Below are positions 12,030-27,600 of a DNA stretch of 64,000 bases, piece by piece. The DNA comes from Mytilus californianus (lineage: Eukaryota), in assembly GCF_021869535.1 (NCBI RefSeq), contig NW_026262668.1, forward strand, positions 104,656,001 to 104,720,000. The letters run 5' to 3'. The notes beneath the pieces are model-generated. The model was not told the DNA's origin. It saw only the letters and a program-made list of their open reading frames with translations, and did no database searches. The translations under genes were made by a program, and so were the position numbers. Each line of letters starts with the position of its first letter. Within the stretch, counting starts at the first letter, position 1.

Positions 12030-14110
12030 AAGAATAGAGATCCAAAAGAGTGGCTGAAGATACCAAAAGGATATTCAAACTCACAAGTCACACAACACGA
12101 ACCCCACCAAAAAGAGGGTGATCTCAGGTGCTCCATAATGGTAAGCAGATTCTGCTCTACATTGACACGCGTCATGTTGCTTATGTAAGTACTATTCGGT
12201 GATAAGTCTAATTCAGTGATGATACATACGAGGAAAAGATACTGGGATCATGTTACGACAATCGGAAGATATCTGTCGTCATCTGTGAAACCGATACTAA
12301 GATTCAATAACGGTCAACAAAATTTTCGAAGGGATAACTTCAACTTCACCACTTGGAACCCTTTGTTTAAAAGCTCTCTTGTAAGCAGCAAACATCTATT
12401 AAGGAAATCATGATAGGAAATGCAAGCTCTGGGATATCGTATCAACTGGGAGGTATATTCCCCATATGCAGGCGCTGCTGGAATGTTGCTACATGGAAAT
12501 GGACAGTTCACAAGTGGGAAGATGGAACGATCTCTTTTGTCTTAAAGTTTTGTTCTCAATCTACCCTCGTTGTCACTTTCTAGATGTAAGTCAAGATATG
12601 AGGCATAATTAACTATTGCTTACTTCTATTCATTCTTCCTAAGAAGCTGCTGTTTGAAATCTGCCTCATATGGATAAAGGAACAAGTCGGTAAGAAGAGG
12701 AGCATATTTGGTTCCCATTGAAATGCCGATTGTTTGTTGAAAACATGGCCTCCAGACGGAATAAATATGTTGTCAATCACAAAATCAAAAAAATTGATAA
12801 TGTCTGTTTCAGATCAGTTTTGATTTGAATCAGAGTGTTTTTTTTCAACAAAGAATGATTTTTCCTTCCCTTTAACAATATATTTTGTATCTACGTTGGC
12901 CATTCTTTTTTTTAAGAAAACAAGGTAAGACCAATTCTTTCAGTTTGTCTATAAGACTGGAATGGGGAACACTTGTGTAAAGAGTAGAAAGCCAGATGTT
13001 TCAATACTATTGCAAGAGACTTAGAGTGTATGTACTCTAACATACATTTGGAATTTTTAAGTATCCACATCTGATTTACATCTCCCCTAGAGTAGGTATT
13101 TTCCCAATAACTCTGAAGCCTGGTTTTGATTGCTGATAAAATTGGTGTTACTAGTTTAGAAAGAGGTTTCTTGGCGCACTCGGAAGACCCAGCTATATAA
13201 CATTGTTTGTAAGGATTCTAATGTAATTTAGGTAACCAATAAAATGTAGGAAGATCCAGTTCTTTATCTTTGATTGAAAGTCTATAGGAACATTGAACAG
13301 ACCTGTGATTATTCCAGATTGTGTCTTGGAGGTTATGTCGAGTTTCCAAGTACATTGCCAATACCTAATTCTTTTATCAAGCAGTTGATGTAATGTGATA
13401 TACACAAAACACTATGTTGTTCGTAGCTTTATTTGTGGGGACGATAACATATTTGTCATGGAAGTAGGACAGGTGCTAAGCAACATTTGGGTTTTTAAAT
13501 ATAGATGTAGCATGTGTATTCATAGACCTATTCAGTTTTTTAATTCTAATTTGTATTAACAACCTCACTGCTTACGCCAATTCGGAAAGAGTATCTATGC
13601 CTTCTTTTTGGCGTTTAACATATTACCTGGCATAATCATCAATTTAATCCACCAGTATTTTGAAGTTATGTTTCCAATTGATGGATTAAGGCTCACGAAC
13701 TTTCGGATCTTTGAATAACAAATTTTGCAGAGAAGTGTTATTGACAATCGTCTGATTACCAGTAATAATTTGCCCAGCCGGATTATATATGAATTGGGAA
13801 CAAACATGGGTGCAGTCAGGAGGTTCAGACTTGAAGTTGTCAATATTGAGATCCTGCAACACGTTTATGTAATTGAAAACTTAAGTCGCAATTGGTATGG
13901 TATATGCATAAGAGATAATAGGTACAGACAGATTTTTTTAAAGTAGGAAGCTATTTTCGATTAAACTGATTTACTATGAAGGATATGCCTAAGTTGATGA
14001 AATCGACATCTTTGTTGGCAAAGGAAAGTTTTAAAAAGAATCTTTTCTCCGTTTCATCTTTTCCAAGGGAACCGGTCTAAAAAAATCTGTGACTGACAAT
14101 ATCTGATCCA
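12030..14110 (-). mobile_element. Second Penelope-like (Naiad-type) family, ~2.1-kb decayed copy
   Basis: Minus strand reads KLSFANK, PPDCT (remnant of the CxC linker, 13801-13826), LPTFYWLPKLH, QMWILKNSK, GISMGTKYAPLL.DLFLY, ASYLDLHLE, NIPAAPAYG..SQLIRY. The YIDD segment is deleted near 12614. Confidence 0.88.
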
Positions 14111-15411
14111 ACACGCGGGACCCCCTCTTTATCTGTCAAAGTTGTGTACTGCACATCAGCTGCAGATTTTCTTTTTTCGACAGGAATTTTTAATTGTATA
14201 CACTATATTTGGCCGAGAAGATTAATTTCTGTATATCATTATAGTGCATCATCTCAGATGAATGATGAAGTACTATTACTAATAGTCAAGGACCTCTCTT
14301 GACAAATTCCAAAACCTAAGATAAAACAATTGCTCATACTATGATTTCACATTATAGCAATTTAAAAGGTTTAAATTTACGAATATATGTAAAACAAAAC
14401 TAAATATTATGAATCCGCTCAAAAAGGCAAACTCTACATGGGTAAAACGCAAAAAGATTTCCAAGAAAGGCACCATTTGTGGGGAGGGTTTTTTGTTGAT
14501 AAATTCTTTGGTTATAAATTTTTTGAAAGAAAACAAAATGTTTCAAAAGGGAAGTGGACAAATATATTGTTTCTACTGAAACCTACGAGAAAGAAAAATT
14601 AAGTCAACATCGAGTTTAAATAAAGTAAATTGTGTTCCTGTTATTAAATAAAATATTGTTTTTAATTAAAGTCGAAAATTTTTTATTCCAGGTGAAAATG
14701 AGATTGGTCGGTGCCGAAAATAAGTTCAATATTTCAGAACAAAAGTGAAGGTCAATTTTATCTATTAGCTTTAGAGTCATTTTGTATTCCCAATGTTTAA
14801 TCAGCATTAATGACAACAAATGCATCCACAAATAACAAGTTAAATTTTTCTCTAAATATCCTAAATAATAGTAGCCACCAGTGGGGTTAAACTGAAACCT
14901 GTTAACCTTGAGTTAATCCACGGTTGTGACTAGTATTGCTTTATTATTTCTTTTGGAATGATTTGTGAGCTGTTGTTTTTATTTGTCATACTTTTGATTT
15001 TGATCATATGGTGCTGTCTGTCTTTTTTGAGACTTTAGATTTTACTTGCATCTTGGTAACGCAGGCACTTGTCTCTGAAAAAAATTTCATATATACTTTA
15101 ATATAACACGTGTTAAAGAATGCAGGTATTTTTTCAGAGATAAGTGCCTGTGCATGGTCACTATTGACTTGTCGATCAGGACGACACACTCTCAGTGTGC
15201 AATGTGTATTATGTTATAAGCCATATGATTAACTGTCTTATCTACCTTCATAGGACACGCATGACAAAAACATCACTTAACTTGGGCACACTTTGTTATA
15301 CTAATAAAAGTATTAATAAGTATTGAAAAAAAGTTTAAATATTCAAATGGCTATTCAATAATCGTTGTTTTTATGGTGATCTGGTCTCAATTGTCGTGTA
15401 GTCTGGAAGTA

Positions 15412-15623
15412 ATGGAACATAAAAATATAGGAGTAATAGGTATTGGTCGCATTGGAGAGGTACATCTATGTCACCTTGTCCAGAGTGGACAGGTAAATGT
15501 GATGTATTTAGTGGATATTGAACAGATGCATGGCAAAATCAGAGATTTGGTGAAGCAGTATGGTTTGCAAAATGTAAAAATTATCAATACGGAAGAAGTC
15601 ACTGACATGCTTAGCGATAAATT
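15412..15623 (+). CDS. Inositol dehydrogenase-like gene, exon 1 (Rossmann fold)
   Basis: MEHKNIGVIGIGRIGEVH..SDK; donor GTAAGT at 15624, phase 2. Confidence 0.92.
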
Positions 15624-18600
15624 GTAAGTTGGAATTATTTTTTAGAATATATACATGCATGTCATTATTATGTTGAATATCATACTCAGACTCAGTTTAA
15701 CTCTATAGATTTTGATACAATGCCCAGAAGAAATGATTTAAGTATTCATAACATGACTTTTTGCGTTTGGAATGTTGGATGGCTTAATTCAAAAACATAT
15801 AATAAGCTTCAAGATCACAACTTTTCAATCAAGTAAACAGTTATGATATTATACTTTTATGTGAAACTCACATTGGATACAATACATCTGTCGATATTGA
15901 AGGTAATAGGTATTTTCCTGTATGTAGATTTCAGTCATCAAATCAGAGATTTTATAGGGGACTTAATTTGGCATACTTATCAATAACAATATTCGAAAAG
16001 GGGTGAAAAATTTAGAAAACGCTTGCAAGTACTATCAATGGATCATATTAGATAAAGATGTTTTTAACTTTGCGAAAGATATTTACCTCTGTTTAGCGTA
16101 TATTATACCAAGTACCTCTAGTTATTTATATGAAACTGATGATGACGTATTATATTTAATTGAAAGAAATATTATTAATAAAAACCAAATGAAAGGAAAC
16201 ATTATATATATACTCTGTGGTGATTTAAATGCCAAGGTGCAGAACCAGATTTTATAGTAAATGATATATATGATAGCCACACACCATTATGTAATACTTA
16301 TGAACATGACATTGTACAAGATATCAGAAAAAGTTATGATTAGAAAATTGATACCAGAGGTAAACAACTAACAGAGTTTTGTATTTCAACTAATATGATA
16401 ATATTTGGTAAATTCACTTGCCATACTAGTGTAGTCGATTATGTAATAGTTTCAGAATGTTCTTAGTTTTGAGGTTTCAGATTTGATACCAACTTTTTCT
16501 GACTGTCATTGTAAACTTTCATTCAATATTATGGCAGCTTATATTAAGAATTCGTTGAAATGTAATATACATATGACTGATTTGACAGGAGGATACATTT
16601 GGAGTAATTCCTCACCAATAAAATTTAGAGATGCTCTATGTCAACCACTTTGTAAGGCTAAAATATATGATTTTCTAAAACAAGATTTTGATTCTGAAAA
16701 AGCGGCCACCCAATTTGCTGATATACTAAAAACAGCTGCTTCAAACGGCTTGTATTCTTAAAAAAAAGTATAAAAATTAAAAAAAGACCAAAAAATGTAA
16801 ATATTTCGATTCAGATTTAAAGAGGAAAAGAACTGTTTTGATTGATAAATTAAGGAGCATTAAATTCTAAATATCCTTTTAATCTAATGAAAAGAGGATC
16901 ATATTTTAAATGTTACAGAGAATACACCAAATTGCGAAGATATATAAAAAAAAAGACATTTTAAGCAACAAGTTTTACATCAGCTAGATCAGTTAAGGGA
17001 TTATGATCCCAAGAAATATTGGAAACTCATAAATTCACTTAAAGAATCTAGAAATGATAATACTCTAGATTCAGCCAAGCCAGGGGAGTGGCATGAATAT
17101 TTTTCAGAGCATAATAAGTCATCAGAATCCCATAGTAATAGAATACATGAAATAAAGTCTGAGGTAGAAAATTGGAGAAAGTAAAACAGTTTTGTGAATT
17201 AGATTTTAGAATCTCAAGTAACGAAATTTCAAATTCTGTGAGCTAACTTAAAAATGGAAAAGTATCAGGTTTAGATGGTTTTCCTGCAGAGATGTCAAAG
17301 GCAGGTTCATCAGTATTAGTTCCATTGTTACAAAAACTGTATAATATTGTATTTTCTACAGGTTTTTAAATCTGGAAATCCGTGAAAACCAGAAAATTAT
17401 AGAGGTATTGCTATTAACTCCTGCATAGGTAAATTATTTAATTGCGTTCTAGATAATAGACTTTATCTTACCTCCTATACATTTCTAGGAATATGATTGG
17501 TTAAAAGCAACCGCGTGAAGACCGAGTACATTTCATATTAGGTGCCTACAGTTTATTGGATACCTAGCTACGCCCCTGCTAGTAAATACCACATGTTAAG
17601 ATATTCGGTAAGATAAATTCGTTACACAGTGTGCTAGTGACCTAATACGTTATATATGGGGTCAGTAAAATCGATATGGGGATTCGAGCTTCGCTTTCAC
17701 CTCATATGGAATTTACTGACCCCATATATATCGTATTAGGTCACTAGCACACTATGTTACTAATAATACCACTTTCTTGAAGAGAATGATATCATAAGTA
17801 AATGTCAAATTGGATTTACAAAAAAATCAAGAACACCCGATCATATGTTTGTTCTTAAGACATTAATTGACAAGTGTATTAGTAACAAAAATGGTAAACT
17901 ATTAGCATTCGACTCTGTTATTCATACAGGTATACAATATAAACTACTTCAACGCAACATAGCAGGACAGTTTTATGCTATAGTTAAAGATATGTATAAT
18001 AAAAGTAAGCTATTGGTCAAAATTGGCGACCAATCAACTCCATTGTTTAGATCATTTATTGGAGCGTGGCAAGGGGATGTTTTAAGCCCCAATTTATTCA
18101 ATTTTTTTATTAATGATCTCCCTGATGTTTTCTCTTCTTGTGCTAACCATGTAAGTGTTAATAACCAAAGGGTTGATTGTTTAATGTATGCTGATGACAT
18201 TGTTATTCTCTCAAATTCATCAGAGAGATTGCAAGAGAGCTTAACTATGCTTAATAATTACTGTTCTAAATGGTGTTTAAATGTAAATGAGAACAAGACA
18301 AAAGTTATGATTTTTAATAAAGCAGGGAGACATTTTAATCTTCCTCTTTACCTAGGTGAGAAAGCTATTGGTTGTACATATAATTATAAATATTTGGGCA
18401 TCACATTTAAACCCAGTGGAAATTTTTTTCAATGTAAAGATGAACTGTACAAGAAGTCTATAAAAGCATGTTTTGAATTACAACGATGTATGTCATTTCG
18501 ACTGTGACCCTAGTGTTTCAACTGTACTTTATTTATATGACCATACTGTAAAGCCAATTTTAACCTATGGATGTGAAGTTTGGGGTATATTTTCAGTTAA

Positions 18601-21600
18601 CTCAGCTGCATGTAAGAAAAATGATCAATATATTTTAGAAAAAGTATTTTATCATTATAGTCATTATTATCATCGACTAGATAATTCTGAGAACATGTTA
18701 TTATATGATGCATATATATGTAGTAAAGAACTTCACAATAAAGTCAATACATGGTTCTCAAGCATAGATTGTATTATTAAAAAGCTGAGTATACACACAT
18801 GTAACTTAAAAACCAGTATCTACTCTTTCACAAAATTTATCAAAGATAAGCTATATAAAAACTCCATATATGGAAGGAAAATAGAAATAAAATATTACAA
18901 TCAGATCAAGGCAAACTTAATACTTATTTTTCCTTTAAAACTCTATTTTGTTTTGAAAAATATTTGGATCTAAAATATTTTAGATTAAGGCAATCAATCT
19001 GTAAGATTAGAATAAGCGCTCATCCATTAAGGATTGAGACTGATAGATATGATAAAATTTATGTGACTAGAACACTTAGAAAATGTTTATACTGAATAAA
19101 GTTGAGGATGAGATACACTTTGTGATTGAATGCCCTCTATATGTTGATAATAGAACCGAGATTTTTACTGAAATTTCATTAACCTGCAATAGTTTTCAAT
19201 CTTTAGACAATCTTTCGAAGTTTACATGGCTATTAATACAAGAAAATTTAGATGTATATTAATGTTTGGGAAAGTATTTATCTAAAAATCTGGAGATAAG
19301 AAGAAGTTCAAAGATTGTAAATGCAAATTAGCCACACGTATACTTATTTTGAGTGGTATATTTTATAGATGTTATTTGTCAATGATTATCTGGTTCTGTC
19401 CTGGCCTTATATAATAGTTATGATTGTAAAACTATGTTGTTTTCTTTTATGTTTCTCAATTTATGTCTAATCTTATGTATTTGTATGTAATGTGATAAAA
19501 GCTCTTTATAGGGCCCTTTAATTGGAAATTTAATATTTTTATTCTTATTCTCTTGATACGATACGAAAAAGTTAAGTTTTGTAAGCAGATGTAAGCAACA
19601 ATGAGTTACAAAAGAAGATGGTATGATGGGGCCTATTTTCTTTTGGCCTCTTAAATTCGAAAATCGAAAACGGTATTATAAAATCATTTTAGAATGTTCA
19701 CAAGACATTAATGAGTCTATCATGCAGACATCGAAAATTCTTTTGTGAATTTTGCATTATACATATTTGTATTAAGGCTCAAAACGGCAGTTATTAGAAT
19801 AGTAATGCTGGTAGGTAACAATTAGGACTGTCATTTTCATCATAGCTTTTCTGTAGTTGATTACCAATACATTAGTTAATATTTATTGTGTGTATATTTA
19901 GCAAGTCCCTTAAGCGTTTACTCGAAATATATAAAACGTCAAACTGGATTCAATCACTTATAGTCAAATAAATATACAATATATGTACATTGTCGGAAAA
20001 TATAAAATTTATTTGTATGAGCTTTAGAAACAGGACGAAAAGCGAGACTCGCCGAGGCGGACCGCGAAGGGGACCCCAAAATGAACTGGTACGCAAAACA
20101 AAATATCCACATTACCGCTTGCTCAACATGGAAGAGGGGTAACAGTACACTTTATTTGTACAAGTACAAATAAAGCAAAATTTATTTGTGTACCTGTTAT
20201 TTGTACAATAGTTGGCTGATTGCAGGATAAAGCGAGTTAGCTAAGTCGTTAGAACAAGTTAGCTAAGTTGTTATAACGAGTTAGAAAAGCTAAGTCGTTA
20301 TAACGAGTTATCTAAGTCGTTTTAACGAGTTAGCTAAGTTGTTTAAACGAGTTAGCTAAGTTGTTTAAACGAGTTAGCTAAGTCGTTATAACGAGCTAGC
20401 TAAGTTGTAATAACGAGTTAGATAAACTAAGTTGTTATAACAAGTTAGCTAAGTCGTTATAACGACTTAAAAATAAAACTAACCGGCTTCCGTAGATTTT
20501 CAATAGTATATATGTATGTAATGTTTATTATAACTTTTGACAATTTTATTTTACCTTTTCTAGATTAGATGCAGTTTTAATCTGCTCTCCTGTGTTCGGA
20601 AAACCACACAAGAAAAGCGACTTAGTAAAATTCGCTTTACAGGCAGGTTTGTAAACTTAAGGCCATGTATATTTGTAAATTTTCAAAACCTACCTGCCAG
20701 TCACGATAATAACTAACCACAGTTTGTTCATATTTTTTAGTATTACCATCATTGTTGTTAAATAATTATACCAATAAACTTTAATTTTACCAAATAATGA
20801 TTTAAGACATAAATTTATACACGACTAAAGTTCATTTTAATTTATTTGTGTCTGTCAAATTCATGCCTTTTATCTTGAATAAATATAAGTATCTACTTAA
20901 AAATCATAGTTCTTGATAGTCAGAAGATTTTCTGAAATATTTTTTGCGTGTTGCTTTGTTTTCTTTTTACCCCTAGACCATCAAAACTACCAAATAGAAA
21001 GCAGAGACAAAACGAAAAAACAACCAAAACTTGTGCTTAATGGTGAATTTCTTTTTGTCATTGCAAAGTATCTTGTAAAATACCCGAAAACATGATGGAT
21101 GTCTTTTTTTCTGCTTGGCAAAATATTATATATTAATACAGATTGATACATGGCCTTTTCCAGATTGGATCGGGTATCATCCCGAGACCCCGATATCAGT
21201 CTGAGACATTAGTCGAGGGATGATACCCGGGCCGATATGGAAAAAAAGTCATGTATTATTCTTTTTGTCATATATGTACGAACGCACCCAAGTTGGTAAC
21301 CCCATATCAGCCTGACCATGTGACGTCACATAAACCTGGGTGTAAATTTATGGCTAGTTTACTTCCGCTCGTTTCACATATGCAAAAACTATCTATATGA
21401 CAAGTAATAGCTTTTCTAAAAAGCTAGCCGTCTCATAGCTGATGAAATTTGAAAAATGTTTTTTTGTTCATGCAGAATAGCATTGTATAGTGAATTAAAA
21501 AAAAATAAACGGCAAATACAAGTTTTCCTTTTTCTTTTTTGTGGGGAATCGCAGGCACTTGTCTCTGACTTTTTTCCATATATACCTTAATATAACATTA

Positions 21601-24600
21601 AGGTATTTATATATCACCGAAAAAAGATGGGATACTTACACAATCATCTGCGTTTGTATCTGTTTATTGGTTAGTTTTTTTTCAAAAAAAATTGTTATCC
21701 ATTTAGTTCTTCCTATATTGGTTGTTTATTTCTTTGTGTTAGAAAAGTATGGCCACTTCCGCCTGTTTCTGTTGCATTCATAATAATTCTCGAAAAAAGT
21801 ATAGAGTGTGAAACGTAGTAAAATTTAAACATTTTAAAAAAGAAGACAAAAATATTACTCACATCTTTTCAAAATGATCATTAAAACTTATATTGAACAA
21901 TCTTTTATCTGCCTTTTGTGATTCAAAACTAATTAAAACAATAAGTGTTGAGATCTAGAAAAACTTAACTTAGGCATTGACCTATAGTAAACTTAATGTA
22001 TTGGTCCTTGGTCACGCTAGTCCCGATAAATCAACTCATCAACTTTTTAAGGCTATAAGAAAAAGAGTAAGTTGGGCAAGGCCAAAATATTACTAGTATA
22101 TCGAGCTTAAAATTAAAATTTTGATTGATGGCTGTTATAACGATGAAACACTTTAAAAACAATAACTAGATTAGATGTCATTCTTTGACGACACAGTTAG
22201 CATCAATTTCCAGCAAACACCAAAAAAACAGGCCGCGAATTCCATTCGTTTTAAGAACCGGAAACAGTGCTAGCGCACACGTCGACAAAAAGATCTTGCA
22301 ACATTATGCTTATAATACATGATATAATAAATAAAGCATCTGACTAAAATAGTGAGTTTGTCGAATACAGCACGTTATACCGTTCAAGCCTAAATTTCGT
22401 TGAAATCCATAAGATTTGGAAAATTGCATCAAAGTCTGTGTTTGATGCCTTTTCGGGTATACATTCTAACGTAACTTTCGAAGCGTTCGACGAAATTCGT
22501 TCTATTTCACTTTGTCGCATGATGGACTTGATCCAGATTGAGGGAAAAATAAGGCCTTTTTCGTACTTACCCTTCAAAGCTAAACATGCTGAATTAACAT
22601 ATCATTTTGTGGGAGAGTGTTTATATGTTGACATGTAGATGTCTTTCTGTTTTATCATCATAGTGTTTGTATGTGTATACATGATTTTAAATTCCTCATC
22701 CATTTTCAAAAAATCCAATGCCAACAGTATTATCGTCTTTGTTTATCTATTTTCTCTCTTTTTTTTCTTATAGCATATTTAGTATAAATAGTCAATAAAT
22801 CTCAAAAACAAGTATAAGACGTTTGTTTCTGACTGTTCAGATCCTGCTCCACATGTGGCACCCGTCGTGCTGCTCATGTTAGTACAAATCCGGTAATAAG
22901 TCTAATTCGGTAGGTCACATTCGGGGAAAATGGGACCGGATTGTAGTTTTGGAACATATCCGCTATCATCTATGAAACGAATATTCCATAACGGTCAATC
23001 AACTCGTGATGGCGTCCGTAAAATTTACGAAGGGAGGATTTCAACTTCACCACTTGGAATTCTTGGTTAAATAGCTTCCTTGTGAGCAGCAACCTTTTAT
23101 CGAGGAAATCATGATGGGAAATATAAGCCCTGAAATATCGTATCAACTGGGAGATATATACTCCGTATGCAGGCGCTGCTGGAATATTGCTACATAGAAA
23201 TGGAAAGTTCACAATTGGGAAGCTGAAATCATCTCTTTTGTCGTAAAGTTTTCTAGATGTAAGTTAAGATATGAGGCAGAATTAACTGTATCTGTTGTAT
23301 CCTTTATCTCAATTTCGATGGGATAGATGCGTTCAACATAGTCACCAAATTTTTAATTATTTAGTGAGAGACCATCATCTTTATAGCGGAAAGTAAAGTT
23401 AAAGGATACTGCTAACTTCTTTTCTTTCTTCCTAAGAAGTTCCTGTATGAAGTCAGTCTCATATGAATAAAGGAACAAGTCGGCAAGAAGAGGGACATAG
23501 TTGTTTTCCATGGGAATGCCGATTGTTTGTTGAAAAACACGTTGAAATAGGAGTTTAATGTGTCGATTAATTTGGTTGCCTGTCTTAATTATCTATGTAT
23601 ACTTCACATCTACTTTAAATTATATTTAGAAATTAAAATATATTAACATGCACAAATAATCGCTTTTATAGTCTTATAGTCGTTTTTTCTTCTTATTATT
23701 ATCCCCTCGTCTTATATGTTCTTCACATTCTGCTATCTTGTCACGGTAAGAAATAAGCATCGCCTAGCCCAGCGCAAATTGTTTCCGTATTTATCAATAT
23801 TAATCGAAATTAATTGATTTGGTTATATTCGTTTTTCAATTCGGATTATCTTACTAAGTATCAATGTGTATAACCGAGGGAAAAAAGCATGCGCGGTGTG
23901 TCCCTAAGCTTTCATATACGTTTCAACTATAATATATGACTCTTAACATTCATAACAATGACCCACTGGATAAAATGTGGAATGAACACTTGTGCGTTTT
24001 TATACATTACAAAATTGCAGGAGTTTCGTCTATTTATAGAATAATGTTCCTGTGTACCGATATGCATGATTGATCATTTTACTATGAAAGAGTCAGTAAT
24101 ATATCTTCCAATCAGGACTGAGGTAGCAAGAAAGCATTAAGTCCGAAGACTGTCCATCGTTCAACTTATAAGACCTTCTCCATGGCGACGGTAATAAATA
24201 AATATATAGCAACATAAATCAATCTTAGAAAACACAATATATGAAACAAATGTATTAATTTTTTTCTTATTGTAATTATGAAAATGCAAAGGTCATATTC
24301 AAATATTGAATGAGTGTTTCATTTCATGGTTTAATATTGGTGGAATTTAACAGGAAAACATGTATTCTGTGAGAAACCAATTGACCTTAATCCAAGAGTG
24401 GTGGAAGAATGTTACAAGTTGGCAGAAGATCGTGGAAAAACACTTCAATGTGGATTTGATAAGTAATTAAATTACAAACTGTCATGATCTATTTCACTGA
24501 ACTTGTGGCTTTTAAGTATTCAAAATTTGATTACTGTAAAAATTTCGCGTCTATTCTTACATTCTTATACAATCAAAGTATGAAACACATCTAGCTGTTA

Positions 24601-27600
24601 CTGTCCATCAAAAATCACAGATATCCAGTGTTTAGCATGCCAAGTTTTGTGTAATAGTATTCGCAAGTAAACCAAACATCAATTAATATTGAAATATTTT
24701 TATTGAAAGTTTTCAGGTTATAAACTGTGTAATTCTACACTAAAATTAAGGTTCCAAAGACAAAAGTGACATCGAATGTTTTATCTGTTTTGCTTAGGTG
24801 CCGTATGTGATCCTGCAAACATTTAATTATCTGGAGAGTTCCTGATGAAGTATGTGACATACGTACTGAAATATATATCTCATTATACGTAGCCGGACAA
24901 ATAGACAGTCTATTTAAAATAGATTTCGAATGGACCAAACCTTTTATGAATTTTTGTTTGGCAACAGCTACCACTTTAAATTATACTATGCATAAATAGT
25001 TCAACTTCAAGTTGTTTGTCCTTAAAAAGTAAATTAACAAAAATACCGAACTCCAAGGAAAATTCAAAACGGAAAGTCCCTTAACAAATGTCAAAATCAA
25101 AAGCTCAAACACATCAAACTAAATTATTAGACATTTACAAGTGAAATCTTGTTCTTCGATGTGAAGTATTGTCTAACCAGCTTAGCTGTATATTTTGTAG
25201 TGGTACTTTATATTTTTAATTTTATATAAATAAAGGGGCATGTAGTTTATACATGAGACGACAATGCAACCACATAAAAAAAGACACAAAGAGTTCCACA
25301 CAGTTTTCGTCAATAAACAGGTGGCTATATATACACAATGCCAATATCTGTATCGCCCCGTGTATAAAATGACATGAATCAATTGAACAGAGACATTAAA
25401 GGTATGTCAGCAGCACCAAATTTCCCAAAATACAAAAACACAAGATTTTGATTAAAAAAAATCAATCGGTGACGAGGTTTCTGACTTGAAACGGTTTAAG
25501 TGAAAAAGTGGCGGGATTAAACAATTTTCGCGATCAGTTGAATACTAGTAACATAAGGCATGAAAAAGAATATACAGTAAATCAGTACTTAACAAAAGCA
25601 GTATACTGGATAATAAAATACGCAAGCATAAGCAATTAATGATAAGCATACCATATCAGAGAATGATCGCAAATACCTGAAGCTGGCATACGCAGATACT
25701 TTTGGAAAAACGGCCGCGTTTACCGATACAACATATAATTAAAGGAATTTAACATTACATTACAGGAACTGTTATCTTTCCTACTGTAAATATTCAACCT
25801 AATTTTTAAATGTGTTATATCAACATTACATATATTTAATTTTTGGTTATGAATCTTATATAAGATGACAACAGGCGCTGAGGACTTTGACCTCTTGACT
25901 TCTTTATGTGTTTATGTTTTATGAATTTTTTGGTAAATTTTCTTTAATATTGCCCGTCTATTCTTATCGTCACTGAAATAAAGTAAAATCAAGACATGAA
26001 TCAGACTTTGCTGTTTCTGTAGTATCCTCTAGTGCCAGTTCACTCAGATAGAAGCGACTAACAAAGACATCAGTCTATGGATTATCCAGTGAGAGAAGAT
26101 TATCTATATACAGAGAAATTTGAAACTAATGGAAAATGCTAGTTGTTTTCCCATTCTTTTCGAAACGCCTCTGTATGAGGTCTGACTCATGTGAATAAAG
26201 GTCAAGTCAGCTAGAGCATATAAAAGTACAGACTTTCTGTTAAAAAAAAGTCTACCAAACGTGACAAAAACTTTATATTTCAAGTATATTCTGCAAAACA
26301 CTTGTTTCTTTATCATCTTTTAGCTGATTTTGTCAGCATTCGTGGTATCGATAAAAGCTAAACTAAATTAAAATACCTTTCCAACCATTTGTTTTTGTAC
26401 AGGCGTTTCGATATCAGCATACGTAAAATGTATGACAAGATTAAAGCAGGGGATTTGGGCGAACTTCGCCTGATCAAACTAGTTGCACGTGAGCTTCCAG
26501 CATGGATTAATGCAGAATATTTGAAGTCGAGCGGTAAGTTCTTTAAATATTATATATATGTGTACCATTCAGTGTATAACACAAATTTTCCTCTTTTTTT
26601 ACCCTTTATATCGATTGTTAAAGCGATCTTCATTTTATCAGTTATAGAATTCAAAGTTAATACGTTTCTATTTATCGTGCCTTTTTGATGAGAAATGTTG
26701 CCTTACTGTAGATGTTAAATAGAAGAGACATGAATATTTTAATATTCATTATCCTGTGCAAACAAAGTACATGTATATTATTTATCCAACATAATATTTA
26801 TGCGTAGTTCTCGATTCTGCGACTGGGATACCATTTTATAATACATACATTCTATTTAGATACTAAATTAAAGTTTTATGAGTTATGCAAAAATGTGTTG
26901 CAATTGTAAACAGTATTGTGAGAAGTGAGATTATACCATAAATATCTTGGTCTTTGTCTATGTAATCTCCGTCTAAGGCAGATAGAGAGTATAATCCAAG
27001 AAATAAGACAAAACTACAACTGAGAAACTTGCATGTCAGAGGTTGTGGTTTGGTGTTTTTATATAGATGAAAAGTTCTGTGACCAAACAGCTAGTATTTT
27101 CATTACTGAGTTTTAAACTATTATAGGAGGAATAGTTGTAGACAGTGCTATACACGAACTTGATTTGATATGCTGGTTGTCTGGAGAAAGACCAGAAAGT
27201 GCAGTATGCTTTGGACATGCAAAAAGTCAGATGTTTAAAGAATGTAACGATGTTGAGTGTGCCATGATTATGCTTAAATTCTCCAGCGGACTTATTGGAT
27301 ATATTGAAAATGTACGAGGGGTTCCTTATGGCTACGATCAGAGATTTGAAGTAAGAAACATTAAGAATGTTGACATATCAAAAGCTTACTTGGGCAATGA
27401 CCTTTTTTTTTAAATCTGCAAATTATATTTATACAACAAATGAATTATTGTAAACACTATTTCATTATAGAATTGACTGCTGTTTTATTTTAAATTTATA
27501 CGAAATGAAAGCAAGTGAATTCACATTTTGCATGTGGCACGGAATACACCTAATAACAATTTTGATACAAAAACAAGCAACTGTTGCTTACATTTATCTG

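Noticed and set aside
17845-18973. 220-aa and 166-aa ORFs as host genes
   Set aside because: They are broken pieces of the LINE RT and its C-terminal region.
22344-22638. Overlapping 66-96-codon open frames on both strands
   Set aside because: No recognisable motif or supporting splice structure; compatible with chance or a decayed repeat.
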